A stretch of 64,000 nt of DNA from a virus. The DNA lies in the IMG/VR virus record IMGVR_UViG_3300036772_000425, positions 266,924 through 330,923 of that record, one strand, 5' to 3'. Positions 28,601 to 36,863 of the stretch are shown here, one piece after another; the stretch's first letter is position 1; each line of letters begins with the position of its first letter. Under the pieces are notes generated by a model. That model saw only the letters and a program-made list of their open reading frames with translations. It did no database searches and was not told where the DNA came from. The translations under genes and the position numbers were made by a program.

Positions 28601-28667
28601 GTGCTGGAGCTGACTGGTCAATCTCCCGATCGAAAAAGTTGGGAGACCTGAAAGACTGTGCGGGCAT
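25659..28667 (-). CDS. Tail sheath protein, copy 2 (gp18-like, 1002 aa)
   Basis: Paralogue of copy 1: N-terminus VGVPAGVIGTSNRGPAFVPVTVG, C-terminus DRVNVRRLLLEVKRI...IEFIAVDFIITN. ATG start with GAGGAG RBS. Confidence 0.85.
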   Translation of the reverse strand: MPAQSFRSPNFFDREIDQSAPAPQGPVGVPAGVIGTSNRGPAFVPVTVGNWDQFVSIFGNLDPKRFGPYAANNWLNNRSALTFMRILGAGNNASATDITRASVQGRVLNAGYHLDGTSQDRLGRYDHSVQYIVARHTKQANEAFGQADFTDNDSFASSIVNLIRGVVLMASGSKLMVTDYNRDMSAGAVNTMLDAGATDSNGKFKLIISTSLGDSYYNNDGQSGVHILTASLDPSSTDYFAKVLNSDPDRFATTKHLLYSDFAVDDEIATVANSVVAVVSGTNNVSLNSGDATLQYRKAFGAFDTRFKAPSTTNFISQPFGATEYDLFRFEALDDGSYANNLYKISIVSLKASLDDANKYGTFAVQVRSWSDTDTSPLVLEQFNNCSLDPNAQNYVAKVIGDRKVYFNFDSTDPDERRIVTQGKYQNNSALVRIVMNSQVDRGLTPPQALPFGFRGAVILKTNDSLTDSAQTGGLVRISGVVTGSAQALSGAIVPPVPMRSKVTKGQRPTAASWFGEPGITELSVPLYYWGVKFERNDIPLDPNLETFPNSLLSSLTQLQGIQQLDTVVTGSGADVLNNNKFTLARVALGNSSLTDLTASVDTHMREAAYIRNGKVDTTQYTIQDPVIGPRISFATLLGKASASVFNRFSPYAKFTTFLAGGWDGVNTLDPDARRMNDKASSFVGEAAPGFIPAAFAANQSGAGQQNSTVASYVAAVNIMTDPMAVNHNVLLLPGIREPFISDYTGQKVRAYGLAYYVMDLEKFDENQVRLFDDATLKPDVNQTAVGLDTRAIDNNYVGTYFPDVFIEDSTNRRRIKVPASIAALGALGFNDRVGYPWFAPAGFNRAALDFVSNVEVRLNSSDRDRLYDSRINPIATFPRQGFVVWGQKTLQIKSSALDRVNVRRLLLEVKRIVINIALGLEFEQNTPEVWGKFVSQSALQLGLIQAQAGIESFQVIMNETNNTQADIDLNKLNGRIVVVPTRVIEFIAVDFIITNSGIAFV

Positions 28668-28751
28668 TACCGTGCTCCTCTAGCGGATCTGTGGGGATGG
28701 ATCGCTGTGGGATAAGTATTTCGGGCACGGCCCGAATGACCGTCGATGGGG

Positions 28752-30053
28752 TTAGTCCTCCACCAAGACGATCGTCAACCCGAGCAGATCCTGATCTGGG
28801 ACCAGCACGGTCTCGCCCGTTGAACCGTTGATGTTCCTGACCCTAACTAGGCGTACGACCTTTTTTCCGCGTCCGTCGATCCCAGTGACCTTCTTGTACC
28901 TGGCCGGATGGGTTCCTCGCGGGTACGACCTCAAGGCCGGATCTTCTGGGTTGATCTCCTGGGAGTCTGGGTACAGGCGCGTCCTGTTGATCATCCTCTG
29001 GTCAGATCGGGTGTTCGGGCCATCATCGCCCGAGGTGAGCGGCAACGTCGGATCGTCCGCACCCAGAAAAGGATCATCGATGGAATCGTTGCCGATCGAC
29101 TCGCTGCCTCCGGTTGACACCTGGAAGCTGATCGTGGGTGAGGAAATGTAGCGCCTGACGGGTACCGGTGCGCCCGGAGTACCGGATGCGAGGATGTAGC
29201 CGGGCACGTTGATCACCAGCTTGTACCGGATGAGCCGTTCCTCCTGCGAGTAGTCATCGGTGTTCGTGTCAGCAGTGTACTGGTTCCCATCCACGCTGGC
29301 CATGAACCAGTAACCTTGGGGGGTGTCCAATCGCCAGCTGTTTCCCTGCGGCAGGAACGAGGAGATCATAGCCTCCAGCATCTGGTTCATGTGCCCAGTG
29401 TACTGGGACCACAGGGTGACATCGTATTTTGCGGTGAAGAACTGGGGAGCTGGGATGACGATCGTCTCGTAAACGTTCTTCTGACGGTTCGGCAGCAGCA
29501 GACCGCCCTGCTGCACGGTCGGATCGTCCTCCAGATCTCCGATCTCACCCAGGGTGCTCAACTGCCCGGGTTCGACCTCTGAGGGGGTCACCGCGAGGTT
29601 GGCCTGATTTCTCAGCATCAACCGGTTGATGAGTCCTTGGTACGCCCTGTCCGATTTATCGAGCCGGCGGTTGATGACAATCTCGCCGGTTTGCTGGTTG
29701 ATGCCCCTACCGGTGATGTCCAACGCAGGATCCTGGGTCAGGGTGGTCCGGACGGCGGTGATCAACGGAAGGATCAGCGTGTTGTTCCGATCCTTGAGAG
29801 CCTTGAGACGCTTGTTCAGCGCCCATTTCTCCCCCGCAAAGAACACCACCGGGACCCGTTTCTGGTCGACCCCGTTACCTGACACGATGAACCTGATCTC
29901 CTCGTTGAACAGCTTGAACAGCGCCCGATCAACATCCTCAATCCCGACCGCGGGTACGACCACGTCCGGAGCCGGTTTCCCCTGGTAGCCCGTGGGCAGC
30001 CCAGAGAACAGGTCGAAGCGACGCTGTGGATCGGCGGTGTACCTGGTCGTCAT
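28752..30053 (-). CDS. Putative neck / tail-completion protein (433 aa)
   Basis: Structural-module ORF upstream of the sheath (the position of T4 gp13-15). No catalytic motifs. Overlaps the next gene's stop. Confidence 0.45.
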   Translation of the reverse strand: MTTRYTADPQRRFDLFSGLPTGYQGKPAPDVVVPAVGIEDVDRALFKLFNEEIRFIVSGNGVDQKRVPVVFFAGEKWALNKRLKALKDRNNTLILPLITAVRTTLTQDPALDITGRGINQQTGEIVINRRLDKSDRAYQGLINRLMLRNQANLAVTPSEVEPGQLSTLGEIGDLEDDPTVQQGGLLLPNRQKNVYETIVIPAPQFFTAKYDVTLWSQYTGHMNQMLEAMISSFLPQGNSWRLDTPQGYWFMASVDGNQYTADTNTDDYSQEERLIRYKLVINVPGYILASGTPGAPVPVRRYISSPTISFQVSTGGSESIGNDSIDDPFLGADDPTLPLTSGDDGPNTRSDQRMINRTRLYPDSQEINPEDPALRSYPRGTHPARYKKVTGIDGRGKKVVRLVRVRNINGSTGETVLVPDQDLLGLTIVLVED

Positions 30054-30727
30054 GTTCCGTCCTCGTCGTAGAACGCGCTCGTGTCAGAAGCATCGTCATC
30101 GCCCCTCGGAGATATCTCCTTCGCTCCGGTGATGGGTCGTCCCAGCACCTGTTCGTTCTGGAGGTCCCTTACATCTCCCGTCACCCCGTCAGCATTCGTG
30201 GCTTGGCCACGCTGCTGGTGGAACGTTGACTGCACTGCGTCCGGTTCAGGGTGAGAGATGTCGGTGGGACCGATCACGGGTGCCGTGAACAGCGTGCCCC
30301 TTGCCTGGGTACCGATCAGCTTCACGCCATCCTTGTGCTCGGCGAGACCGTAGATGTTCCGCATCACCACCTTCTCGGTGATCTCATAGAAGATGTCGCT
30401 GAATGAGAAGAAGTCACCGATGGACAGCGCGATCCCCTTGTCAACAAGGTCACGGTACTGGACGAAGACCTCGACCTTGTACTGAGCGTCAACGCCGAAC
30501 TCATTGATTCGGGTGTCGGTCTGGAAGTTGGAATCCACCAGGGCATCCAGCTCGATCGGCTTGTCAAACACCTTCTGGGTCGCCTCGTTGTAGACCGTGT
30601 CAGTCTTCGTCTTGAGCTCGTTGATGGGGTAGTAGAAGATGCGTTGCCCGACGACGTCCTTGATCAACTCCTTCGTGATGTCGGAGATGAAATTCAGCTC
30701 TCGGGTGGTGAGGAACAGCCTGCTCAT
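30050..30727 (-). CDS. Putative neck / tail-completion protein (225 aa)
   Basis: Tightly coupled (ATGA overlap) to 28752..30053. Acidic C-terminus. Confidence 0.45.
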   Translation of the reverse strand: MSRLFLTTRELNFISDITKELIKDVVGQRIFYYPINELKTKTDTVYNEATQKVFDKPIELDALVDSNFQTDTRINEFGVDAQYKVEVFVQYRDLVDKGIALSIGDFFSFSDIFYEITEKVVMRNIYGLAEHKDGVKLIGTQARGTLFTAPVIGPTDISHPEPDAVQSTFHQQRGQATNADGVTGDVRDLQNEQVLGRPITGAKEISPRGDDDASDTSAFYDEDGT

Positions 30728-30731
30728 GTCA

Positions 30732-31925
30732 TCAACCGATGAAGACGCTCTTGCCCATAGGGAACGGGATCAGCTTCAGCTGCGCAGCAACGCTCTGGGC
30801 GATGCTGGTCTGGGCCTCCATCAGTTGCTGGGTGGTCAACTGATCCAGGAATTCCTTGAGCTGCGTCTGCAACTTGTCCTTATCATCGCGTGCCTGTTGC
30901 AGCAGCGCCTCCCCGTTCAACTGCAGGTCTGCATTGGGGACCGGGATGGTCTGGAACTTCGACCGGATCAGACCCAGCAGTTCCTTCGCCAGCGCCAGGG
31001 TGTACTGGCGGATCCATTGTCTTCCGGGGACCGTGATTGTCATGTACGGTAGGATGCTGAAGGGCACGTTCTCAGGCCCTGACACACCGTAGATGGAATC
31101 ATCCTGGAAATCTGGGTCAAAGATGTTCGCCGGTGGAGCAACCCTGATGTACAACCTGACGTTGTTTACGCCCAGCAGATCCACCTCGGAGGTTGGGATC
31201 GGGTAGATCCGGATGTTGCTGCCCATGATCTGGTAGCTGTAGTTCGACCGCCGGACCCGGAAGGCTTCCTTCAGCATGCCCCTGCGTAGAACATCCTCAA
31301 AGACAGGGAGGACGTAGAACACGGTGCTGTTGACGTAAGATTCGTAGTTGAAATTCGTAGCCAAAAAGTTCGTGATGTTACTGGCGTTGAGCAGGAAGGT
31401 TTGGGCTGCCAGGGGTTCGAAGTGAAAAACCTCCATGATCCTCAGCTTGCCCTTGCTACCCGACTGCATGGTGTCCACCACCAGCATGCTCGGATCCGTG
31501 CTGGACGTGAGTTCCGTGTATATGTTGTAGTCCTGCCGGCCCGTCTGCAACGGGATGTAACCGAGCTGTGAATCGAAGCTGCCACCCACCCCGGCTGCGT
31601 ACGCGTACGCATCGGACAACCGTAGAAGGTAATCGAGAGTGTACTGGGGGTACTTGTTGGTGAGATCGGTGGAACCTGTGGGTTGCCCGAGCACGTTGAC
31701 CAACTCGCTGATGATCTTCAGTTCTTGGATGTGCCGAGCGTACTCCAAGGTGGCTTCCTCGAAGCATGCCCAAACCTGCTTCTTGGTCAGTTCCACGCTG
31801 AGCACGTCATCCCCCAGCTTTCGCTTCACGAAGGTGACCATTCCGTCGGCCTCGGTCTGGAAGGCTGTGTCAGTGTCGAAGAACCCAAACGGTGTGGGTT
31901 GCAAGGTCTGGATGAATGTCGCCAT
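30732..31925 (-). CDS. Putative neck/structural protein (397 aa)
   Basis: ATG start preceded by CCTATCGAAGGAAAACAAGCG. Last gene of a minus-strand operon before a divergent 62-bp intergenic region. Confidence 0.45.
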   Translation of the reverse strand: MATFIQTLQPTPFGFFDTDTAFQTEADGMVTFVKRKLGDDVLSVELTKKQVWACFEEATLEYARHIQELKIISELVNVLGQPTGSTDLTNKYPQYTLDYLLRLSDAYAYAAGVGGSFDSQLGYIPLQTGRQDYNIYTELTSSTDPSMLVVDTMQSGSKGKLRIMEVFHFEPLAAQTFLLNASNITNFLATNFNYESYVNSTVFYVLPVFEDVLRRGMLKEAFRVRRSNYSYQIMGSNIRIYPIPTSEVDLLGVNNVRLYIRVAPPANIFDPDFQDDSIYGVSGPENVPFSILPYMTITVPGRQWIRQYTLALAKELLGLIRSKFQTIPVPNADLQLNGEALLQQARDDKDKLQTQLKEFLDQLTTQQLMEAQTSIAQSVAAQLKLIPFPMGKSVFIG

Positions 31926-31987
31926 CGCTTGTTTTCCTTCGATAGGTATGGAGGGCCGTGCCGGCTCTGTGATCGGAGGAGATTCCC

Positions 31988-32380
31988 ATGCGTTATGTGA
32001 GGGGCGACGAACTCATCCTCAAGATCGAAGAAAACTTCGGTTACAAGGATCTGACGGTCAGGCACGTCAAGGTACAGATCATCGCGCACAACGTGATCTC
32101 GCAGTACGATGAGGCTGAGTACCTCGTCTACGTCCCACCCTACGAACACCTATCGGGCACGTGGCGGCTGACCCTGAGGGATGCTCAGCGGTACCAGGTC
32201 GACAAGAAGTTCATCGATGATGATGTGATCTTCATCGACCCGTACCACCCAATCTCCAAGCACATCCCGTCAATCCCGGGAGCCAAGTGCGATCACTGCA
32301 ATGAATTCTTCGCAGGTGCCGTCCCAGAGGGCGACGGTACGTACTGGTGCCGGGCGTGCCGGCACAATCCCTACCGTTGA
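31988..32380 (+). CDS. Plus-strand zinc-ribbon protein (130 aa), divergently oriented
   Basis: Strong RBS (GGAGGAGATTCCC-ATG). C-terminal CDHC...CRAC zinc ribbon. One of only two plus-strand genes in the window. Confidence 0.55.
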   Translation: MRYVRGDELILKIEENFGYKDLTVRHVKVQIIAHNVISQYDEAEYLVYVPPYEHLSGTWRLTLRDAQRYQVDKKFIDDDVIFIDPYHPISKHIPSIPGAKCDHCNEFFAGAVPEGDGTYWCRACRHNPYR

Positions 32381-32989
32381 TCAGCGCTGCCTGCTGCGGA
32401 CAAAGGTCCGGGCGAGCTCCCTGAGGGATTCCACTCCCTCTTCGTCGATCTCTGCATCGTTCTCAGTGACACGTGCAACGTAGCGTTCCTTGAGCGTTGG
32501 TGCTACGATCTGCGGCGCCGCGACCGCGCGCCGCGGCTGCGAAACAGGAGAGACCGGTTGAACGACAGCCCTCTGCTCTGGGACCTTGGGCCGCTGGTTC
32601 AAAGAACTGGGCTTTTTCACCACGATGGGAGCTGCTGTCACCCTCGGCTGCGCAGCCGGTGCCATCTGAACGGATTCAGCGACCACGGAAACGGACTTCT
32701 TGAAGTTGATGTTGAACTCCACCGGCGCAAAGTACCGGTTATCAACCAGGACCTCAACCCTGCTGCCGTAGACGCCCTCGTTCACCTTGTCCTTCAAGGA
32801 AGGGATGGAGAACTGGATGACTCCGTCATCCTTGGTGGTGTGACCATCGAACATGTAGGCGATCTCTCCGGCCTCACAGACCAACCTGATCTTGGTAGGT
32901 GCTGGGTCGATCCCTTCGATCTTCACCTTGAAGAAAAGTTCAGACGACTCATCGATGTCGAGCTCGATCATTTCAAGGAGTGATTCCAT
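32381..32989 (-). CDS. Hypothetical structural protein (202 aa) with Pro/Ala/Val/Gln-rich middle segment
   Basis: ORF immediately adjacent to the plus-strand gene's stop. Low-complexity linker APAAQPRVTAAPIVVKKP. Confidence 0.4.
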   Translation of the reverse strand: MESLLEMIELDIDESSELFFKVKIEGIDPAPTKIRLVCEAGEIAYMFDGHTTKDDGVIQFSIPSLKDKVNEGVYGSRVEVLVDNRYFAPVEFNINFKKSVSVVAESVQMAPAAQPRVTAAPIVVKKPSSLNQRPKVPEQRAVVQPVSPVSQPRRAVAAPQIVAPTLKERYVARVTENDAEIDEEGVESLRELARTFVRSRQR

Positions 32990-33004
32990 CGTCGTAAGTA
33001 TCCC

Positions 33005-33388
33005 TCACAGCAACCGAACTGTGACCTTGATCCTCTCGAAGATGGACTGCACCCTGGTGGACACGTGCTCGACCAACGCGCTCGCCCGGCTGGTTCTATC
33101 GACCTTCACCTTGACCCAACCCTTGATGTTCGGCACGGGACCTTCCTGACCGTTGACATCCACGAGCTTCGCCCAGATGATGACCTCGTCGAGCTGGTCC
33201 AGACGTCGGTGAGCGCTGGACCTGCCACCTCGCAGCCTGATGGGCCGCTGGGCCTCTGTCAGAGCTACAACCACGAACTGCGGCAGCAGCGGCCCATAAC
33301 CCTGAACCACCAACGCCGACGTCTGTGGGATGTTCCTGATCGGACCGAACCCTCGGGTCACGATCTTGTTCTGCATGGGCGTACCCAT
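33005..33388 (-). CDS. Hypothetical protein (127 aa)
   Basis: Minus-strand ORF, start 4 nt downstream of the upstream gene's stop. Confidence 0.4.
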   Translation of the reverse strand: MGTPMQNKIVTRGFGPIRNIPQTSALVVQGYGPLLPQFVVVALTEAQRPIRLRGGRSSAHRRLDQLDEVIIWAKLVDVNGQEGPVPNIKGWVKVKVDRTSRASALVEHVSTRVQSIFERIKVTVRLL

Positions 33389-33391
33389 CGT

Positions 33392-33898
33392 TCACACCTT
33401 CTGACGTTCGAACACCCCATCGAACGCGGGAGCTCCGGCGTCATCGTACAGGTTGAACGTGGCGATGGGGGTCACGTTGTCCGCGGCGAAGAACAGCATC
33501 TGGTTAGTGGACTTGTTGATCTTCCACCGACCGAAGCCCATGTCATAGATGGACTGGATGGTGCCTGTCACCGCCGCGAGCATCTGTTCTGTGGAGCCCA
33601 CGCGAGGATCGTTCTCCTCGATGTTGAACTGTTCGGCAGCGAAGCTCTGGGACACCACGCCCAAGGATCCCGTGAACGCTGGGCAATCCCACACCACCTG
33701 CCCACGAAAGTTATCAGGAAAATCGATGAGCGAGGCGTAAAGACCACTGTCGACCATCAGTTGGTAAACACCCGTGGTGGTCCTGGACGCTACGATGGTA
33801 CCGCCCTGGTCCAACAGGGCGTAACCGACCCCCATCGAACCCGTCTGGTTCGAGTGGGTCCTTCCGAAGTTGACGTTCCGCAGTAGTTGCAGGCTCAT
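33392..33898 (-). CDS. Hypothetical structural protein (168 aa)
   Basis: ATGA-type overlap with the upstream fibre-like gene. Confidence 0.45.
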   Translation of the reverse strand: MSLQLLRNVNFGRTHSNQTGSMGVGYALLDQGGTIVASRTTTGVYQLMVDSGLYASLIDFPDNFRGQVVWDCPAFTGSLGVVSQSFAAEQFNIEENDPRVGSTEQMLAAVTGTIQSIYDMGFGRWKINKSTNQMLFFAADNVTPIATFNLYDDAGAPAFDGVFERQKV

Positions 33899-34542
33899 GG
33901 TGAGATCGGGTTGATCAGCTCAACGTTTGCGACCTTGATAGTCGCGGTCTTCGATGCTCCGGTGGTGAGGGCAACGTGCATGTAGAACGGCACCGTGGTC
34001 GAGTTGAAGTTCGCCATCGTCCCTGACAGGACGTTGGTCGCTGCATTGATGAAACCGGTTGTGACAGCTGAGTTGATGATGGTACACTCAGCTGTTGACT
34101 GTGCCGCAGCACCGACAACCCTGATTGCAAGGTCGACCGTCATCTTGAAGTCAGACGCAGTGGCCGTGCCTGCTGTGGTGGTGAAGGTCGCGATCGCAGC
34201 GTCTGACACGGTACCCGTTGACCCAGCCCTGACGGTGACGGTGTTGGCTGCGACGCCCAGGGCGCCGCCCACTCCGATGATGTTCCAACGGATGGTCGTG
34301 CCCGGCACCAGGTTGAGGACAGGGGCTCCGATCAGGGTGCCGGCGATCAGGGTCAACGTCGCCGCGGAGATCGCCTGGTCTGTGATCGATGATGACAGGG
34401 CAATGTTGCCCAGCGGGATGAAGGCACCCAACGGGCTTTTTGTCCTGGGCACACCGCTTGGGTCGAAGAAGAACGCCGTCTTACCAGTCGGCGGGGTCTG
34501 AACGCTGCCTGAGAGTGTGTTGACAAGTGTGATGTCTGACAT
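33895..34542 (-). CDS. Fibre-like / receptor-binding-like protein (215 aa)
   Basis: A/T/S/G/V-rich repeat-like sequence (TATASDFKMTVDLAIRVVGAAAQSTAECTIINSAVTTGF). First of three translationally coupled fibre-like genes. Confidence 0.45.
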   Translation of the reverse strand: MSDITLVNTLSGSVQTPPTGKTAFFFDPSGVPRTKSPLGAFIPLGNIALSSSITDQAISAATLTLIAGTLIGAPVLNLVPGTTIRWNIIGVGGALGVAANTVTVRAGSTGTVSDAAIATFTTTAGTATASDFKMTVDLAIRVVGAAAQSTAECTIINSAVTTGFINAATNVLSGTMANFNSTTVPFYMHVALTTGASKTATIKVANVELINPISP

Positions 34543-35564
34543 TAGATGAGCTCCACCAACCTACCGTCCAGCTGCAACCTACCATCGATTGCGAAATGAT
34601 CAACCAGGATGAGGTTCTTGCTCACGTCAACGCTTGCCGTCATGTTCATCGGGATCGTGGTCCAAGAACCGTCGATCGGTACCGGCGACGGCGTCGTCGT
34701 CAGGATAAGACCCTTGTGAGCGGCCACGATGGCGTCCAGCAACGACTTGTCACCACCGGAAAGGGTGCCGTTGAAGTAGATGGTGATGACGCTGCTGGCT
34801 GTGTCGATGCGTGTGGGCTGGGCTGACGCAAGGTTCGCGGCAGCGGACGCCGCCAGCAGCACTCCCGCATCGCAGTTACCGTCCGCCGTCTGCGCAAACG
34901 TGTACGTGTACGCACCCGGAGCGCTGAACGCGGTGGTCAAAGCAACGACGATCTGGTTCAGATCGTTGGCAGAGGCAAAGGTCCACGACGTGGCATATGA
35001 CCCCGCAGCGCCCACCGTCCTGTAGCTGCCGACCGTCTCCCTGGACTGCGTCGCATCGGCCGCGCGCAGGAGGGTCTGCCCAGCGGTTGCAGTGAAGGTG
35101 CCGACGCCGCCCGCGCCCACGTAATCAACGAGCACATCGTTCGCTGACAGGGTGGTGACGCTCGTGGAGATCGATGTGACTGGGATCAAGTTGCTGTTGT
35201 TGGTACCGCTAACTTCCGGTGCCGTTCCGTTGACACCGGTGAAGGACGCTGCCAGCAACTTCAAGCGGTTGTTCGAGGGAGATGCGGTGACGATGGTGTT
35301 GTACGTACCGCCGGCGGGCAACGAAGGATCCGCCAGGTACCATGCAGAGACCGTGTTGCTACCGTCCGATTCGGATCCGGAGACAGCAAGCGTCATCGAT
35401 GTCCCGTTGAACTGCACGCCCAGCGGCATGCTGTTCGCGGGAGTGGAACCATCGCTGAACACGAGGGCAAGCAGGTACCGGTTCAACCCAGAACCGATGG
35501 TGTGAGCGACGGTGAGGTTGCCGTTCGCGTTACCGCTGCTGGTTGCGTCTAGTGCGATCACCAT
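34542..35564 (-). CDS. Fibre-like protein (340 aa)
   Basis: S/T/G/A-rich composition typical of tail fibres and adhesins. Stop/start overlap at both ends. Confidence 0.45.
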   Translation of the reverse strand: MVIALDATSSGNANGNLTVAHTIGSGLNRYLLALVFSDGSTPANSMPLGVQFNGTSMTLAVSGSESDGSNTVSAWYLADPSLPAGGTYNTIVTASPSNNRLKLLAASFTGVNGTAPEVSGTNNSNLIPVTSISTSVTTLSANDVLVDYVGAGGVGTFTATAGQTLLRAADATQSRETVGSYRTVGAAGSYATSWTFASANDLNQIVVALTTAFSAPGAYTYTFAQTADGNCDAGVLLAASAAANLASAQPTRIDTASSVITIYFNGTLSGGDKSLLDAIVAAHKGLILTTTPSPVPIDGSWTTIPMNMTASVDVSKNLILVDHFAIDGRLQLDGRLVELI

Positions 35565-36304
35565 CAGAAGATCTCTTTCACCGAGAGACTACGTTGGACA
35601 CCGACGGTCCGGGCCGTACCGGTCGTCACAGCCCATCGTACATCAAATACGTGGCTCGCTGAGGTCAGACCGACGACAGAAACATCGATCGACGCAAAGG
35701 CGCCGGGCAAGCTTCCGTTGGTCACCAACGAACCAGAGGATGCGTTGAACGCCATTGTCAACCGTGAACCGCTGATCTCTGAACCGTCCACGAACGCAGC
35801 TGCCTGCCAGTTATCACCGTGCACCATGTTAAAGGTACTGTAGAACTGGAGCTGGACAGCCGGCGTTTGCACGGACGCTGTCATCAGCATGTCAGGGATG
35901 AGGATGAACGCGGTGGAGGTGGTGGTTGGAGCGATCGCCAGACCGAGGCTCGATGATTTGAGGGGCAGGATCCACCGAGGAACTGCAGTACCCGATGAGT
36001 ACAGGACGGACCCGCTGGCACCTGCCGGCAGCCTTGTCCAAGTGGTACCGTTGAAGTACGCCAGGTCGCCCGGCTGCTGGCCCGGTTGAACCAGCTGCGA
36101 AAGCCCGATGCTCGACCCAGAATTCAGGAAGGAGGAGACAGGGCCGTACACCCCACCGTTCTCGTTGAAGAAGAAGCCGCTGCCAGAGATCGTACCAGTT
36201 ACGTACCCCAGCTCACCCGAGTTCGAGGGAAAGTTCGACCCAGAGTCAAAGACTATCGACTCCTCGTACCGGGTGCCCGGGAACTGGTCTAGGGTGCGTG
36301 GCAT
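35564..36304 (-). CDS. Fibre-like protein (246 aa)
   Basis: S/G-rich composition. ATG 12 nt after the upstream gene's TAG stop (TAGTTACAACGACAG-ATG). Confidence 0.45.
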   Translation of the reverse strand: MPRTLDQFPGTRYEESIVFDSGSNFPSNSGELGYVTGTISGSGFFFNENGGVYGPVSSFLNSGSSIGLSQLVQPGQQPGDLAYFNGTTWTRLPAGASGSVLYSSGTAVPRWILPLKSSSLGLAIAPTTTSTAFILIPDMLMTASVQTPAVQLQFYSTFNMVHGDNWQAAAFVDGSEISGSRLTMAFNASSGSLVTNGSLPGAFASIDVSVVGLTSASHVFDVRWAVTTGTARTVGVQRSLSVKEIF

Positions 36305-36316
36305 CTGTCGTTGTAA

Positions 36317-36823
36317 CTATTGCTGGGGCCTGGTTCTCCGGCTCGGCTTCTTCGGTTCCTGCTTGTACTCGTCGATCGGTTTGCCCGGGTTCATGCCCGG
36401 TGGTCGATCACGTTGCTCACGTTCAGGGTCGTTCTCCCATGCCGCGTGCGCATCGGCCTTCGCCTTCTCCTCATCGTAGAGGCGCTTGACGCTGCCAGTT
36501 GCCTGCTTGAGGGCGGCAGCAGCGCCCGCCGCCTGCAGACGCTTGGCCTCCGTATCGTTGAAGAGCTGTTTCATCAGCTCAATGCACCGGTTGACGTAGA
36601 TCCGTCCGTACTCAGCTTCCTTGAGCGGGATCTTGGCTGCTTGGACCTCTGTCAGCATCCGGTGCAGGTATGTCTCCAGAGTGTTCCCTGCCATCCCGAA
36701 GGCCAACTTCATGGCATTCAGGTTCTGGGCCTCGCGCTCGTAGGATTCCCCCAGCTCCTCGATCTTCGTTCCGGTCGAGAAGACTGCTGCGGCCCTGCCG
36801 TGCTGGTACTCGCTCTCGCTCAT
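36317..36823 (-). CDS. Coiled-coil protein (168 aa), possible fibre assembly/chaperone
   Basis: Start chosen at MSESEYQHG to avoid a 130-nt overlap with the upstream gene. Lys/Glu-rich helical C-terminus. Confidence 0.4.
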   Translation of the reverse strand: MSESEYQHGRAAAVFSTGTKIEELGESYEREAQNLNAMKLAFGMAGNTLETYLHRMLTEVQAAKIPLKEAEYGRIYVNRCIELMKQLFNDTEAKRLQAAGAAAALKQATGSVKRLYDEEKAKADAHAAWENDPEREQRDRPPGMNPGKPIDEYKQEPKKPSRRTRPQQ

Positions 36824-36863
36824 GCAGCGATAGTAAATCGCTGCATGCCAGAGTGATCGTCGA

